From a virus: 64,000 nucleotides of DNA. The stretch lies in the IMG/VR virus record IMGVR_UViG_3300045988_156211; one strand, 5' to 3'. This document shows positions 9,095 through 17,161 of this stretch, one piece after another; within the stretch, counting starts at the first letter, position 1, and every line of letters begins with the position of its first letter. A model generated the notes under the pieces. The model saw only the letters and a list, made by a program, of their open reading frames with translations, did no database searches and had not been told where the DNA came from. A program made the translations under genes and the position numbers.

Positions 9095-9469
9095 TTAATA
9101 GAATTCGTCTACTATATATGGGTTGTGATATATCTTTATTTCTAGGATTTTAATATCTAAATTTTTCATTAAGCCTATAGACCTATAGATAAGTCTCACT
9201 TCATCAAAATCTGATACATCAGTAAGTATGCCTCTTTTTATACATCCATTAATATCTAACTTAACCAAAGCTATTGATGAAGATATCAGTTTCTTAAATC
9301 TAAATATCTCACTATTCAGGGTTTTCTTTTTTAACTTAATTTGAACTAAATAATTTCTAGCCAAAGAAGTTTTATTGTTCTTAAGTGCCTTATTATATAA
9401 GTTATCTAATTCCTTAATCTGAAGGTATAGATTATTGATACGTTGAATTTTGTTTAATACATCGCTCAT
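9095..9469 (-). CDS. hypothetical protein (124 aa)
   Basis: The track start at 9475 is TTG. The ATG at 9469 shares 1 nt with the TGA of the upstream ORF. Confidence 0.5.
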   Translation of the reverse strand: MSDVLNKIQRINNLYLQIKELDNLYNKALKNNKTSLARNYLVQIKLKKKTLNSEIFRFKKLISSSIALVKLDINGCIKRGILTDVSDFDEVRLIYRSIGLMKNLDIKILEIKIYHNPYIVDEFY

Positions 9470-9720
9470 CACCAATCGGGTTTTTTAATGGTTTCATTTT
9501 CTCTATCATCTTTTAGATCCCTTAGAATTTCCTGGGATATGCTTTTTAGATTTTCTAGAAATTCTCTATCTTCTAAACTTAATGAATTATTATATTCTTT
9601 AAGAAATTCCTCTAGATCTTCATTAAAATTATATACGGATATAGTAATAACTGATAATTTAAGAACTTTATCATCAAAACCTAATTTGGCCAATTCCTTT
9701 TTTAAATCAGATAAATCCAT
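9469..9720 (-). CDS. hypothetical acidic protein (83 aa)
   Basis: ATG ORF. No motif recognised. Confidence 0.5.
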   Translation of the reverse strand: MDLSDLKKELAKLGFDDKVLKLSVITISVYNFNEDLEEFLKEYNNSLSLEDREFLENLKSISQEILRDLKDDRENETIKKPDW

Positions 9721-9730
9721 AGGCTAAAAT

Positions 9731-9773
9731 AAAAAATCCCCAATCCTTGGAAATAATTCCTTAGACTGGGGAT
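9731..9773 (-). terminator. intrinsic terminator downstream of 9843..10226
   Basis: The outer stem ATCCCCA / TGGGGAT has additional inner pairs and is followed on the minus strand by T6. Confidence 0.55.
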
Positions 9774-9842
9774 CGGGTAATAAACCAGTTTATAATATGA
9801 ACAAAAATTACTTAACAGATTTATCGGCAGATATTAAGAGAA

Positions 9843-10226
9843 TTAATCCTCAGAATCTTCCTCTTCCTTATCCTTACCTTTTTTCTTATCCTTCTTGGGT
9901 TTCGGACTTGTTATAGTTCCGTGACCCTTTTTGGATTTGACGGTCAACTTACCGGGAACAAAGGATACCGATGTTGATAGAGGTTTGTCATCTACCACCA
10001 ATACCGAAGTGATGATTACTCCCTGATATCCATCTTTACTCTTTACCGGGTATCCATAGTTCATAACCTTTGAGTTTTCAGAGACCGGAATTACGTCCAT
10101 CTGTTTACTGTTCGGCCTTTGTTCTGCAGGTCTATTTTTCAGAGCTTCCTGACGGGCTTTTCTTTTTGCCAATTTCTCTTCTTTAGAAACTTCAGGTTTC
10201 TTTTCTTTTACATCTTTTTTTGCCAT
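9843..10226 (-). CDS. small protein with Lys-rich N- and C-terminal tails flanking a beta-rich core
   Basis: The sequence runs MAKKDVKEKKPEVSKEEKLAKRKARQ ... core YGYPVKSKDGYQGVIITSVLVVDD ... KPKKDKKKGKDKEEEDSED. A terminator follows. Confidence 0.6.
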   Translation of the reverse strand: MAKKDVKEKKPEVSKEEKLAKRKARQEALKNRPAEQRPNSKQMDVIPVSENSKVMNYGYPVKSKDGYQGVIITSVLVVDDKPLSTSVSFVPGKLTVKSKKGHGTITSPKPKKDKKKGKDKEEEDSED

Positions 10227-10287
10227 TTCTTTTCGAATTTAAAGTTATTAATGTTGTGATCTAAAAGCTGATTAGGTTCTCGTGAAA

Positions 10288-10890
10288 TTATTTCTTTGAC
10301 TTCTTAGAAGACTTATCCTTTCCGCCTTTCTTGGGGAGGGTTATGCCCAATTTCTTGGCAACATCCTTACGGAGTTTCTCTACCTCTTCCTCGTCATAGT
10401 CATCGGGATCAATGTCAAGATCATTATCCTCGCAAACATCCTCGAGTTCTTCGAAGTCCATGCCGGCCAAAGATTCGGGAGTTATCTCTTCCTCTTCCTC
10501 CTCTTCTTCCTCATCGTCTTCATCTTCGTCATCATCATCTTCGTCTTCCTCATCGTCTTCATCTTCGTCATCATCATCTTCGTCTTCCTCATCATCTTCA
10601 TCGGAATCATCATCCTCATCCTCTTCGTCCTCTTCTTCGTCATCATCATCTTCCTCAGAATCCTCTTCATCATCGTCTTCCTCAGAATCTTCGTCGTCCT
10701 CTTCTTCGTCTTCTTCCTCTTCTTCGTCTTCATCTTCCTCTCCAAAGATAGAAGAAGCCTCTTCAGGTGAAAGTACTACTGGTGCCGGAATGATCTGAAT
10801 AGATCCATCTTCGAATTTTACGATTACTGTACCATTTTCGAGGGTAGTTCTTGAAACTTCCTTTACCTCTTTCTTGCTTTTCTTTGCCAT
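10288..10890 (-). CDS. poly-Asp/Glu protein (200 aa, about 100-residue uninterrupted acidic tract)
   Basis: A short globular N-terminus is followed by an almost pure D/E tract that includes a perfect 39-bp tandem duplication. The C-terminus is Lys-rich. Confidence 0.7.
   Translation of the reverse strand: MAKKSKKEVKEVSRTTLENGTVIVKFEDGSIQIIPAPVVLSPEEASSIFGEEDEDEEEEEDEEEDDEDSEEDDDEEDSEEDDDDEEEDEEDEDDDSDEDDEEDEDDDDEDEDDEEDEDDDDEDEDDEEEEEEEEEITPESLAGMDFEELEDVCEDNDLDIDPDDYDEEEVEKLRKDVAKKLGITLPKKGGKDKSSKKSKK
10511..10588 (-). repeat. perfect 39-bp tandem duplication inside the poly-Asp/Glu gene
   Basis: TCATCGTCTTCATCTTCGTCATCATCATCTTCGTCTTCC occurs at 10511..10549 and again at 10550..10588. Each copy encodes a 13-aa acidic unit. 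Confidence 0.85.
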
Positions 10891-10927
10891 TGTTTTTAAT
10901 TTTTAAAAAGTTAAACTTAAGTGATTA

Positions 10928-11131
10928 TTATTTACCTAATATTTTCATGTATCCATCGGAAGCATGTTCTTTATTATATTGTTTTACTTCTTCTAGTAAA
11001 GCAGTAAGTTTTACCTTATCCTCTACTTCTACAGGATCCGAATGGATTACCTTATTATCCTTACAAGTATGGATATACATCTGACCTCCCATATTAAGGG
11101 ATTCTATATGTGGTGATGTTTTTAATTCCAT
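10928..11131 (-). CDS. hypothetical protein (67 aa)
   Basis: ATG ORF in the array. No motif recognised. Confidence 0.4.
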   Translation of the reverse strand: MELKTSPHIESLNMGGQMYIHTCKDNKVIHSDPVEVEDKVKLTALLEEVKQYNKEHASDGYMKILGK

Positions 11132-11739
11132 ATTGAAATGAATTTTGAATTTGAATAGTTTATCTTAGTATATCCCGGGATACCTATAAGTCCAAAACTT
11201 GAATGTATATCGGGAATGTTTCTTTTCAATAGATAATAGTTATTGGTATATTTTCTAGGAAAGATGTACCAAGTACCATTTATTGGCCTATTAGAAGTTA
11301 TATAGCAATATTTATTTGCCTTCTTTTCATACTTATGGTAATTATCTCGGGTTAGAGGTATATACCCTCTGTAAATAAACTGCTTTTCTAGATATTTATC
11401 CTTAATATAAGGAATAGAATTACCATTTAGTTTAGTAAATTCCTCTAGAAACTTATTATACGATCCATTTTTTACATATTTAGTTGCCCTCCTTATTGAT
11501 TTTTTTATCGTCCATTTCTTTCTTTTTAACAGGTGTATAGTTAGATCCCCTATAATCGACGACTTTACCATGTCTGTAGAAGACAATATCTTCTTCTCTG
11601 ATTCCGAGAGATTTGCATACCTCCGGTAAGATAAGTTTATACGCCTTATATCGGTTAGACTGTAAATATCTAGGACTGAAGCCAAGTCTATATCCGTAAT
11701 ACTTTCGTATGAGTTCTTGATTGAATTTCTTCTTGCCAT
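11122..11739 (-). CDS. hypothetical protein, downstream member of an overlapping ORF pair (possible frameshift partner)
   Basis: The 205-aa ORF overlaps the upstream ORF by 260 nt. Its only Met codons are at residues 1 and 56, both inside the overlap. Confidence 0.35.
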   Translation of the reverse strand: MARRNSIKNSYESITDIDLASVLDIYSLTDIRRINLSYRRYANLSESEKKILSSTDMVKSSIIGDLTIHLLKRKKWTIKKSIRRATKYVKNGSYNKFLEEFTKLNGNSIPYIKDKYLEKQFIYRGYIPLTRDNYHKYEKKANKYCYITSNRPINGTWYIFPRKYTNNYYLLKRNIPDIHSSFGLIGIPGYTKINYSNSKFISIWN

Positions 11740-12142
11740 GTTTTATCTGTCTATACATGAAAACTCTGAAATACCTTCTGCGATGTTTGGTTAAAAGATA
11801 ATCAGGTGGAGTAACCCATTTCCTTACTTTCCTGGGCTTTCCTTTAAAGAATACCCTATCTATGTATTTTTTAGGAAAGGTTCTTAATCCCTGACGATAT
11901 AATCTTCTGCCACTTACTACCCTTATTTCAAGTAGAGCATCTACTCCCAAAAGAATAGTTATCATCTTCTTAGCATGTAATCTAGTATAATAGGGTATGC
12001 CACATATGTGTTTCCTATATAGGAATTTACCTGATGGAGTTACTTTATTGTAGGATTTACTACAATATTCTTTTGGTATGTAACTCCATAGGTAATACCT
12101 ATTACGGTGAACAACATATTTGCTTTCTGCTAACCTAACCAT
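11480..12142 (-). CDS. hypothetical basic protein (220 aa), upstream member of the overlapping ORF pair
   Basis: ATG ORF. An A7 run at 11500..11506 lies 6 codons before its stop. Confidence 0.5.
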   Translation of the reverse strand: MVRLAESKYVVHRNRYYLWSYIPKEYCSKSYNKVTPSGKFLYRKHICGIPYYTRLHAKKMITILLGVDALLEIRVVSGRRLYRQGLRTFPKKYIDRVFFKGKPRKVRKWVTPPDYLLTKHRRRYFRVFMYRQIKHGKKKFNQELIRKYYGYRLGFSPRYLQSNRYKAYKLILPEVCKSLGIREEDIVFYRHGKVVDYRGSNYTPVKKKEMDDKKINKEGN

Positions 12143-12704
12143 TTTTCATATCCCTTTTAGCTTTCCTATACCAAAGGTTTATAGATTTATCATTAGCATC
12201 GGGAAATTTTTTCTTTACCCTACGTAATACTCTCTCAATGCTAAATCCCTTATGAACCAATTCAAAGGTATAGGATTTCTTAGTACCTTTGATAAGGTTG
12301 AATTCATCCCTTTCCTTTGGAGGTTTCTTTTCTCGGGGTTTCTTTATCCCGGGAACTCTTTTGGATTTTCTTACTCCGTTTTCGTCTTCTTCTCCAAGAA
12401 ACCCAAGCCTTAACCTTGAACTCCTTAAAGGATCATCCTTACTATATCCCAGGGATTCCAACTGTTTATCCATCCAATCATCATACTGATTGATGAGATC
12501 TTTGTTGGGTTTTTCCGTGGAATTGTTTATATAGGATATTAAACCAAATACTCCAGATTTGCAAGCATCCGGGAAAGGCATACCTAAAATAACAGCTTTA
12601 CGTTTCAAATCCTTATAAGTAAGGTTTCTACCGGATGCTGTCAATAGATTAGCCTTCTCCTTTGAAGCGAGTTTTGGTTTTAGTTTTTTCTTACTTATTG
12701 CCAT
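12135..12704 (-). CDS. hypothetical basic protein (189 aa)
   Basis: ATG ORF in the array. No motif recognised. Confidence 0.5.
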   Translation of the reverse strand: MAISKKKLKPKLASKEKANLLTASGRNLTYKDLKRKAVILGMPFPDACKSGVFGLISYINNSTEKPNKDLINQYDDWMDKQLESLGYSKDDPLRSSRLRLGFLGEEDENGVRKSKRVPGIKKPREKKPPKERDEFNLIKGTKKSYTFELVHKGFSIERVLRRVKKKFPDANDKSINLWYRKAKRDMKNG

Positions 12705-12708
12705 GATA

Positions 12709-13095
12709 TTAATCCTCTTCCGTTGGTTTTATTACTAAATCCGTGATAAAGTTGGATTCAGCCATATACTGATCGGTTTCCTCTATAGATACATCCTTAC
12801 GGGATAATTTTTCGATCAACCTATCATAAAATGACTGATAATGTTCTTCGGATAATTCCGATCCTTGTTGATCGCATATTATAAAACCTCTAAGCAATAC
12901 GGGTAAAAATCTAGAATGCCTAAAGTTATCTTCTATAAGAGAAGAATCAGTAACATCTCCAGCCCATTCTAATAGAATATCGTAGTATTTCTCTGGAATA
13001 AAGTACATCCATAGATAGTCTTTCTTATAATTAGGCTTCATATTTTTGAATGGGTTTATGTAAGCCTCTATAGGTTTATTTTGGTTATCACTCAT
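12709..13095 (-). CDS. hypothetical acidic protein (128 aa)
   Basis: ATG ORF directly downstream of promoter-leader cassette copy 3. Confidence 0.6.
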   Translation of the reverse strand: MSDNQNKPIEAYINPFKNMKPNYKKDYLWMYFIPEKYYDILLEWAGDVTDSSLIEDNFRHSRFLPVLLRGFIICDQQGSELSEEHYQSFYDRLIEKLSRKDVSIEETDQYMAESNFITDLVIKPTEED

Positions 13096-13142
13096 AAATT
13101 ATTATTTTAAAATGTGAAACATATATTATTTAATTCTGTTTG

Positions 13143-13174
13143 CAAAATTAATACATTTATTTTTATTATGCAAA
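13143..13174 (-). promoter_or_regulatory. Bacteroidetes-type promoter, cassette copy 3
   Basis: Has the same TTTG-N20-TAATTTTG arrangement and a near-identical leader upstream of 12709..13095 (unit roughly 13096..13200). Confidence 0.7.
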
Positions 13175-13191
13175 TATTTTTATCTATTTTT

Positions 13192-14163
13192 TTAAAATAG
13201 CTCAGGTTTAGCACGTTCTACACCGGGTATGTGAGTTCTAGAAGATTTTTTAGGTTTGTGATATTTATTAGTGAAAGCATTATTTAACTGCTTCACATTG
13301 AAGTCTATATTATTTACCTCATTATAATTTATGGCTTGGGAAGTTATTAACCTATATTCTGGCCAAAATTTCTGACCCAATTTTATACCCGAAGTTTTGA
13401 GATAATACTTAGATACCATAAATCCAAAAGTATCTGCCTCATCCCGGGTATTAAATACATATAAATAATGCCTTGACATTTCATCTACTACTTCTTTTAA
13501 AGGTCTTATTGGCATTAATATATATTGAAACCTTTTATTAGATTTAAACAATGCTACCCAATACTTAGGTTTAGAGGGTTTAACCTTATACCAGTACTTT
13601 TCTTTAATTTTATCTATAACTAGTTCAGGAACTTTCTTAATGAGATACTTGATATATATTTTGTCCTTCTTATTTAACCTCCTTTTAAATGCAGACGGTT
13701 GCTGTATGATAGATGGTAATATTCTGAAATTATTCCATCTATCGAATTCCATGATTAGCTTATGAGTATCTCTATCCCATGATATACTGGATAGCTTTAG
13801 ATATTCCATATTACGGATAATACATCTGTTGGTTACCTTGGGTAATACCATAGATGAATTACCCGTATATTCTCTAGCTTGTACCCGGGAATATCTTTTC
13901 TCTATTAATGCCTCAATATAATCTTTAAATTGTTGTTCACATGGTCCATCTGGCCTAAATATAGAAGGATGTATTTCAAAGAAATTACTAAATAACTTAA
14001 AAAAGTACTCCGATCTATCTCTTACTTCTAAATACTTATAATGAGATAATTTTAACATTTCTCCCACTTCCCAGGAAGATTTATTCTCGGATAACCTTAA
14101 AAATAAGGATTGCCTCTCTATCAAAGTTAGGCAATCCCAAGCTTTACTCTGATGTGCTTCCAT
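13192..14163 (-). CDS. putative transcription regulator with sigma-70 region-4/LuxR-like HTH at the N-terminus
   Basis: LTLIERQSLFLRLSENKSSWEVGEMLKLSHYKYLEVRDRS resembles the region-4 HTH pattern L(T/S).RE..v..L....g.s..EIa..L.iS...V. The remaining 270 aa are unassigned. Confidence 0.35.
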   Translation of the reverse strand: MEAHQSKAWDCLTLIERQSLFLRLSENKSSWEVGEMLKLSHYKYLEVRDRSEYFFKLFSNFFEIHPSIFRPDGPCEQQFKDYIEALIEKRYSRVQAREYTGNSSMVLPKVTNRCIIRNMEYLKLSSISWDRDTHKLIMEFDRWNNFRILPSIIQQPSAFKRRLNKKDKIYIKYLIKKVPELVIDKIKEKYWYKVKPSKPKYWVALFKSNKRFQYILMPIRPLKEVVDEMSRHYLYVFNTRDEADTFGFMVSKYYLKTSGIKLGQKFWPEYRLITSQAINYNEVNNIDFNVKQLNNAFTNKYHKPKKSSRTHIPGVERAKPELF

Positions 14164-14888
14164 TATTTGTTGATTTTGGGTCTTCTCTTTAATTCATTCA
14201 TACGATCTAAATAATCCTGAGTAAATATATTAGGGTTAAATTCCATATCGTTAGCTATGAGCTTATCAGGATCATAATCCTCATATATACTGTAAAAGAT
14301 AGTGTCAAAAGGTAATTTTATGGTCATTTTACCATATTGAGGATACATTACCACTTGTACCATCTGATTATTATAATCTATCTCATCTATAGTAGCATCT
14401 ACGCCTTTGAAAGGATATTGTCTAAGTATAACATAATCTCCTATCTTTAAATTCATGAGATCATCGACAGAATATTTTTTGTTTTTCTTAGCTAGTCTCT
14501 TAAATCTAAATACTTCTGATCTTGGTACTGTAGCTACTTTAGAAAAATCATCCCAATCTTCAGCATTATCTATACGTTTCTTAATTTTCTTATCAAAGAT
14601 AGTCTCGGGTGATTTTACCCAACTCCTTATCCCTGGTATCTGTCTCCTTAATTTATTCAAAAAAGTTCTAGAATAAGCTTTACATGTGGGCATTCTCATA
14701 AAGCCATACTCAAAGAGTATTGGTACCTCTTCAAAGTACATTTTACTCTTACGAGTTTTCTTTAATATCTGTAATGTAGGTATTATAGCTTTGATATGCT
14801 TATATCCCAAATGATTTAGCTCATCATTTATCTTTTTATAATACTTATTTTCTATATAAAAGAGACAGTAAGAATAAGAAGTTTTCAT
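14163..14888 (-). CDS. NusG/UpxY-like transcription elongation factor
   Basis: An NGN-like N-terminus (CLFYIENKYYKKINDELNHLGYKHIKAIIPT...FEEVPILFEYGFMRMP) is paired with a KOW-like motif (KIGDYVILRQYPFKGVDATIDEIDYNNQMVQVVM). Confidence 0.6.
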   Translation of the reverse strand: MKTSYSYCLFYIENKYYKKINDELNHLGYKHIKAIIPTLQILKKTRKSKMYFEEVPILFEYGFMRMPTCKAYSRTFLNKLRRQIPGIRSWVKSPETIFDKKIKKRIDNAEDWDDFSKVATVPRSEVFRFKRLAKKNKKYSVDDLMNLKIGDYVILRQYPFKGVDATIDEIDYNNQMVQVVMYPQYGKMTIKLPFDTIFYSIYEDYDPDKLIANDMEFNPNIFTQDYLDRMNELKRRPKINK

Positions 14889-14893
14889 AATAT

Positions 14894-15412
14894 TTAAGAG
14901 TTTCTAAGTATAACTTTAGCTTGTTTATGCAAATACTTATAAGAAGTATTTACTATTTCACTAGCTTTAAATACATATAGTATAAAATCACCCGTAGATA
15001 ACACCATATAATGAGGTAAATTATAGGTTTTATTTATAATTTCACCTAAACACTTATCTACTACAAAAAAGAATTCCTCCCTTGGCATAGAATTATATCT
15101 CATACACAAGATAGGAACCTTCTTAGATCTCTGAGAATCTCTATTAGCTTGATCCCAGAATTTTACAATGTCACAAGTCTTATTACCCAATATTACATGT
15201 TCAAATTTGATATCCTTATAAGATTTACATTCTACGGATATTTTACATCTATGAGCATGTTTTTCATCAACACAAGCAATGTCGGAAGTGGCATCCCTAT
15301 TGGAATGCCAAGCTCCGCTCATTGGTACTCTCTCAAATTTATACCCAGTCCAATTAGTGAACCATTTAGATACATTTCTTTCAAATCTGTTACCTTTTCG
15401 TTTACTATTCAT
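14894..15412 (-). CDS. PD-(D/E)XK nuclease, Hjc-like Holliday-junction resolvase
   Basis: KGNRFERNVSKWF...ERVPMSGA...SDIACVD...SVECKSYK matches the archaeal Hjc-type pattern KG..fER.....L......R...SG...DI....ECK. Confidence 0.5.
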   Translation of the reverse strand: MNSKRKGNRFERNVSKWFTNWTGYKFERVPMSGAWHSNRDATSDIACVDEKHAHRCKISVECKSYKDIKFEHVILGNKTCDIVKFWDQANRDSQRSKKVPILCMRYNSMPREEFFFVVDKCLGEIINKTYNLPHYMVLSTGDFILYVFKASEIVNTSYKYLHKQAKVILRNS

Positions 15413-15436
15413 TGTATCGCCTTTTTATAAATTACT

Positions 15437-17152
15437 TTATAGTAATTTATAGTTACTTAACCCATTTACCTTTTCGGCTTGCAAAACTTTTACTTTAGAC
15501 AAAGGTAATGATTCTTGATGGGTTATAAGGAATAGTGTTTTATTAACAAATACTCTATCTAATAATTGTACTACTAATTCTATATTATCACTACTTAAAG
15601 ATTCAAATACTTCATCCAGAAAAGCTATATTGAATCCCTGAGAAACAGTTAGTATCTCATTCATTGCTAAAGCCATAGCAACATTAACTAATTGCTTTTC
15701 ACCTCCGGATAATTCATCATACTCTATTATCTTATCTTCTCTATAAATATTAGTTACAAAATCTTTTCTGGCTGATTCTAAATCTACTATAAATTCTATC
15801 TTGAAACCAAGAATAGATACATAACTATCCAGTGTATCGTTCAATAAACTTAAACAACTATCAAAAAGATAAGCTTTTATACCCTTATTACTAAGTGGAT
15901 CATCTAATAACCACTGATAGTCTTTATAGGTAGCTAAAGATTTATGATAATTTAACTTAAGTGGCTTTATCTTATGCCTAATATTCTTAATATCAGCTTT
16001 AAAATTATCTAAAGATGGATTTTTATTGTATCTTTCCTTAATGCTGTTTATGTTATCATCTATACGTCTTAATTCATCGTTAGCCTCTTGTATAAGGGAT
16101 TTTAAGTGATATTCTCTTGTCTTCAATTCATTTAATACTGTACGCTGTTCTAATAATTTATTGTGTTTATCAGTATAAAGTCTAACCTTTATAAAAGCAT
16201 CTTTAAGCTTGGACAACAGTTTTAAAGACTTATTGTAATCTTTACACTTTATGTAGTTATAAATCTTATCTATAACTTCTTCCAATGGCTTATTTGATAG
16301 ATTGTTATATTTCGCTAATGTACGTTCAGTTTCTATTATATCGTCAGTTAAAGATTTAAATTTACTACCTAAGTCTTTAAGATTTGGGTCACTTAAATCT
16401 TGATTTAACTTATGAATTTTCTTTACTACTTCTAATCTAGAAACCTCCTGACGTTTGATATCTTTGAGATACTGGTTTTTATTCTTTAAGTTTTCAGATT
16501 TAGCCAATCTCTTAAACCTTTTCAAGTTATCTAGACGATCACTTAGGATATTTAGATCGTTCTCCATATCTAAAATATTTTCTCTAAGTGTATCTTTTCT
16601 ACCTTTAGCAATATCTTTTGCAGTATTTATAAAATTCAGGTTAAATATCTCTTCAAAAATAGCCTTCTTATCTGCATTAGTTTCCTGTATTAGTCTTTTT
16701 AGACCTTGACCAAACATTATAGAGTTTATGAATAAATCAAAATTTACTCCAATAGTTTGATTTATCTGATTTTGTATACCAAATTTACCCTTTAGTTCAG
16801 TTGGGTAACCATCTTTTAAAAATATAAGTCTATCCCTACCTTCAGAACCATCACTGAGTACTCCCTTATACTTTTGACATCTTATGACTTGATATATTAT
16901 GCCATCCTTTTGAAAATAGATTTCGACCTTTACTCCACGATAATCTTTAGTACGATATTTTTCCCAGGTTAGTACATCAGACTTACCTTTTATGTTTTTT
17001 CCAAATAATACCCAAGCTATAGCTCCAAATATGGATGATTTACCCATACCATTATTACCTCGTATTAGGATTGTATTGGGTACATTCAAATTTAAGGATA
17101 GCTCATGAATAGAACAGAATCCTTCTATGTTAAGGTTTAAAAAATTTATCAT
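15437..17152 (-). CDS. SbcC/Rad50-like (T4 gp46-like) recombination ATPase
   Basis: Carries Walker A GNNGMGKSSIFGAIAWVLFG, a long coiled-coil middle, the ABC signature LSGGEKQLVNVAMALAM and Walker B FLDEVF. Confidence 0.85.
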   Translation of the reverse strand: MINFLNLNIEGFCSIHELSLNLNVPNTILIRGNNGMGKSSIFGAIAWVLFGKNIKGKSDVLTWEKYRTKDYRGVKVEIYFQKDGIIYQVIRCQKYKGVLSDGSEGRDRLIFLKDGYPTELKGKFGIQNQINQTIGVNFDLFINSIMFGQGLKRLIQETNADKKAIFEEIFNLNFINTAKDIAKGRKDTLRENILDMENDLNILSDRLDNLKRFKRLAKSENLKNKNQYLKDIKRQEVSRLEVVKKIHKLNQDLSDPNLKDLGSKFKSLTDDIIETERTLAKYNNLSNKPLEEVIDKIYNYIKCKDYNKSLKLLSKLKDAFIKVRLYTDKHNKLLEQRTVLNELKTREYHLKSLIQEANDELRRIDDNINSIKERYNKNPSLDNFKADIKNIRHKIKPLKLNYHKSLATYKDYQWLLDDPLSNKGIKAYLFDSCLSLLNDTLDSYVSILGFKIEFIVDLESARKDFVTNIYREDKIIEYDELSGGEKQLVNVAMALAMNEILTVSQGFNIAFLDEVFESLSSDNIELVVQLLDRVFVNKTLFLITHQESLPLSKVKVLQAEKVNGLSNYKLL

Positions 17153-17161
17153 AACTCCTCC

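Noticed and set aside
10412-10798. A plus-strand 128-aa poly-Ser ORF, and a same-strand alternative-frame 87-aa Lys/Met/Arg-rich ORF (10482..10745), lie inside the acidic-protein gene.
   Set aside because: Both are by-products of the (GAN)n trinucleotide periodicity of the poly-Asp/Glu coding frame, which leaves the other frames free of stops. They have no independent start context, and the acidic frame is the one continuous with a normal N- and C-terminus.
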